Positions 21,656 through 23,722 of a stretch of 23,722 nt of DNA are shown in pieces. The stretch comes from Priapulus caudatus (lineage: Eukaryota), in the NCBI RefSeq assembly GCF_000485595.1, contig NW_014577076.1, positions 687,192-710,913 on the forward strand. The letters are read 5' to 3'. Made by a program: the position numbers and the translations under genes. Every line of letters begins with the position of its first letter. The stretch's first letter is position 1. Under the pieces are notes generated by a model. It had not been told where the DNA came from. It was given only the letters and a program-made list of their open reading frames with translations, and did not search any database.

Positions 21656-22992
21656 AGTACTTGCTTCTTATCGGCTCATGATGAGGCGTCTGCAAAATTT
21701 TGGCTGAACGGTACCATCTAGAGCCACGAAAATGTGAATTGTCTTCCTTCACATATAATCTACGTTACTCGGGCTCAAATTTGAGTCCATTTCATGTCCG
21801 TGTTTTATCCGAATAACCACCAAATCCCCTGCTTAGACATCAACGTGTGGTTGACACCCGTATAACTGAGAGAAACTACGTCTTGTAGCCTACTGTTTTG
21901 CACTTGCCTGTATGGATAAAATGGCAATTTGAAATTGTTTAAAAAAACGTAATTTGTAAATAGTAATGGGAAAACGGCAGCTAACAGAGGAAAATGTCGG
22001 CACGTTACGCCACCTTCCGCGATGAAATTGCGTTACGTAATCATTAATGTGTTGTCAACTGGGCCCGTGTGAAAGACCCGCCCGCTGTCGGGTGGTATGT
22101 GAAACTTACTGTGGTTGCTGTTTACCGCGCAAACTGCGCCCGTGGCCGTACTTAGCGGCGCCATTGTTGTACTAACCGCCGCAATCATTATCGATCGGTG
22201 CACATTTGAATGCGGCAACCGCTGGCTGGTAAATACGTGGCTTGTTTCTTTGCTCCGTCTAAGTGGCTGCGGGGAGAGTGCAGACTAGTTTGCTTTCACG
22301 CCCCCACCCCTCCCCCCCGTGCGTGGTCCCAGGCGCGCGATCTCAGCCGTCATTGAGTGGCTTCAAGACAGTGGACATAGCTGGTAAATCAATTTAACAA
22401 ATTGGATTTTATCGTTCCTGTGTGTGATTCCTCTTGAAGCCGTTGAGTGTGGCGCTGGAATGTCAGAAACCTAGTTGCACCCTATGTCAATCTGCCTCTC
22501 ATCTCGTCTCGTCTTGTCTCTGCTAGCCGCATCTTCTCTGTGGTGTCGTAATCGTAACTCCCCTGGTTTGTCTCTCGACTTTTTTCGGGAATTTATGATG
22601 TCACCCTCTGAATTTGGAATGCAAGTCACAACGTATATATGTTGTTAACTCAAAAGTTCTTCTATAATTTTGTAAATCAACGTTTCTAAAGACACGTGAA
22701 GTGGCCACTGCAGCGTGATGTAATTGTCGCCGAAAAGTAGGATTCACTCGTGTCTCTCTCGGCTGCCTTAAGAATGGACAGCGAACGAGCCACCCCCACT
22801 CTGTCGAATGCATCAAGAATAATAGTTTTTGTCGAACACTTTAAAATTTAAACACTAAGTTAAGCCTATTTCGTCCGAGAAATAAATAAAACGCAACATA
22901 TTATTATAAATAATAATAAAACGCAAAAATGCAAGGAAAAAACTCTTTTTATTCCGTCTATCCAACATTATTCAGTCAGTAAGTAACTGATA

Positions 22993-23314
22993 CAGGGTTC
23001 GTAGCGGGTCTTCCAAAGTCTTATAAGTACTTATTTTGCCAAAAATAAAATAAGGGCCCTTATTAGTACTTATTTTTGGTGAAATATTAGAAAAGTACTT
23101 AATAGTCCTTATTTTTCGACTTACTGTTCTCGACTTAGAGTAAGAATTGTTGTATATATAATATGGAATAATTAAATCTGCTGTGCAATTGTGTATATAA
23201 ATATTATTAGTGTCGGTGATCTATCAGAAATCGCGTAAAAAAGTCTTATTTTGGCCTCCAGAAAGGGTCTTATAAGTCCTTATTTCAACATGTGTCTTAC
23301 TACTATGAACTCTG
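22993..23314. mobile_element. 322-bp MITE with 12-bp imperfect TIRs and a 5-bp TSD (hAT5-like)
   Basis: TIRs CAGGGTTCGTAG / CTATGAACTCTG (10/12 match). TGATA directly flanks both ends (22988-22992, 23315-23319). Internal AGT(A/C)CTTATTTT subterminal repeats. Confidence 0.8.
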
Positions 23315-23688
23315 TGATAGCTCCCCCAGCATAGCCTGTCTCCGCTAGCTCGCCCCGCTTGATCTAGCCCTGATACGTCTCCCCGTCGAGACCGTACCCA
23401 ATACATTTGTCTCATATTCTATCTCAAGTCACACGCACCACTTCCTGCCTCGTTAGGAACGGTCCCTCTGAGTTTGGTGCAGGACGATTTACAGATGACA
23501 TGTTGATCGAATAATTAAATTTCCCATAAAACATTAAGATGAAAGTGTGCACTTGGCGAGCGTTTGAAGTGGTGCTGCATCATTAAACCACAGTGCCAGT
23601 AATTAGTTTTCAGATGTAGTTTTGATGCTATCACGCCTGGTCGGGTTGTGTGCAAAGTCTTTTAAGGGAATTTATAGATTCCTGTGTA

Positions 23689-23690
23689 TG

Positions 23691-23722
<32 letters not shown>
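23689..23722. repeat. (GT)n microsatellite running off the window end
   Basis: Read directly. Confidence 0.95.

Overview
Eukaryotic (animal, probably lophotrochozoan invertebrate; inference) genomic DNA, not prokaryotic. The window lies inside a + strand kinesin-3 gene of the KIF13/Khc-73 subfamily. Three motor-domain exons (1663-1755, 7963-8146, 18087-18174) have canonical AG/GT ends and matching phases and splice to ...[41 protein letters not shown]...EVSYMEIYNEKVRDLLDPNS|AKSNLRVREHNILGPYVDGLSTLVVSNFK. The introns hold: four copies of a ~0.85-kb non-autonomous Helentron-like (HINE/DINE-1-type) element; a dead, internally deleted PIF/Harbinger transposon; a 322-bp MITE with a 5-bp TSD; an inverted-repeat element with an internal (CCCTAA)n tract; many mini- and microsatellites; and a 791-N gap. 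An indel-riddled second copy of 7172-9097, including the middle exon, sits at 11138-13341. It is most likely a misassembly (unpolished long-read fill with a misplaced contig), with Helentron-mediated exon duplication as the alternative. I found no convincing novel protein-coding system; the most interesting signals are transposon architecture.
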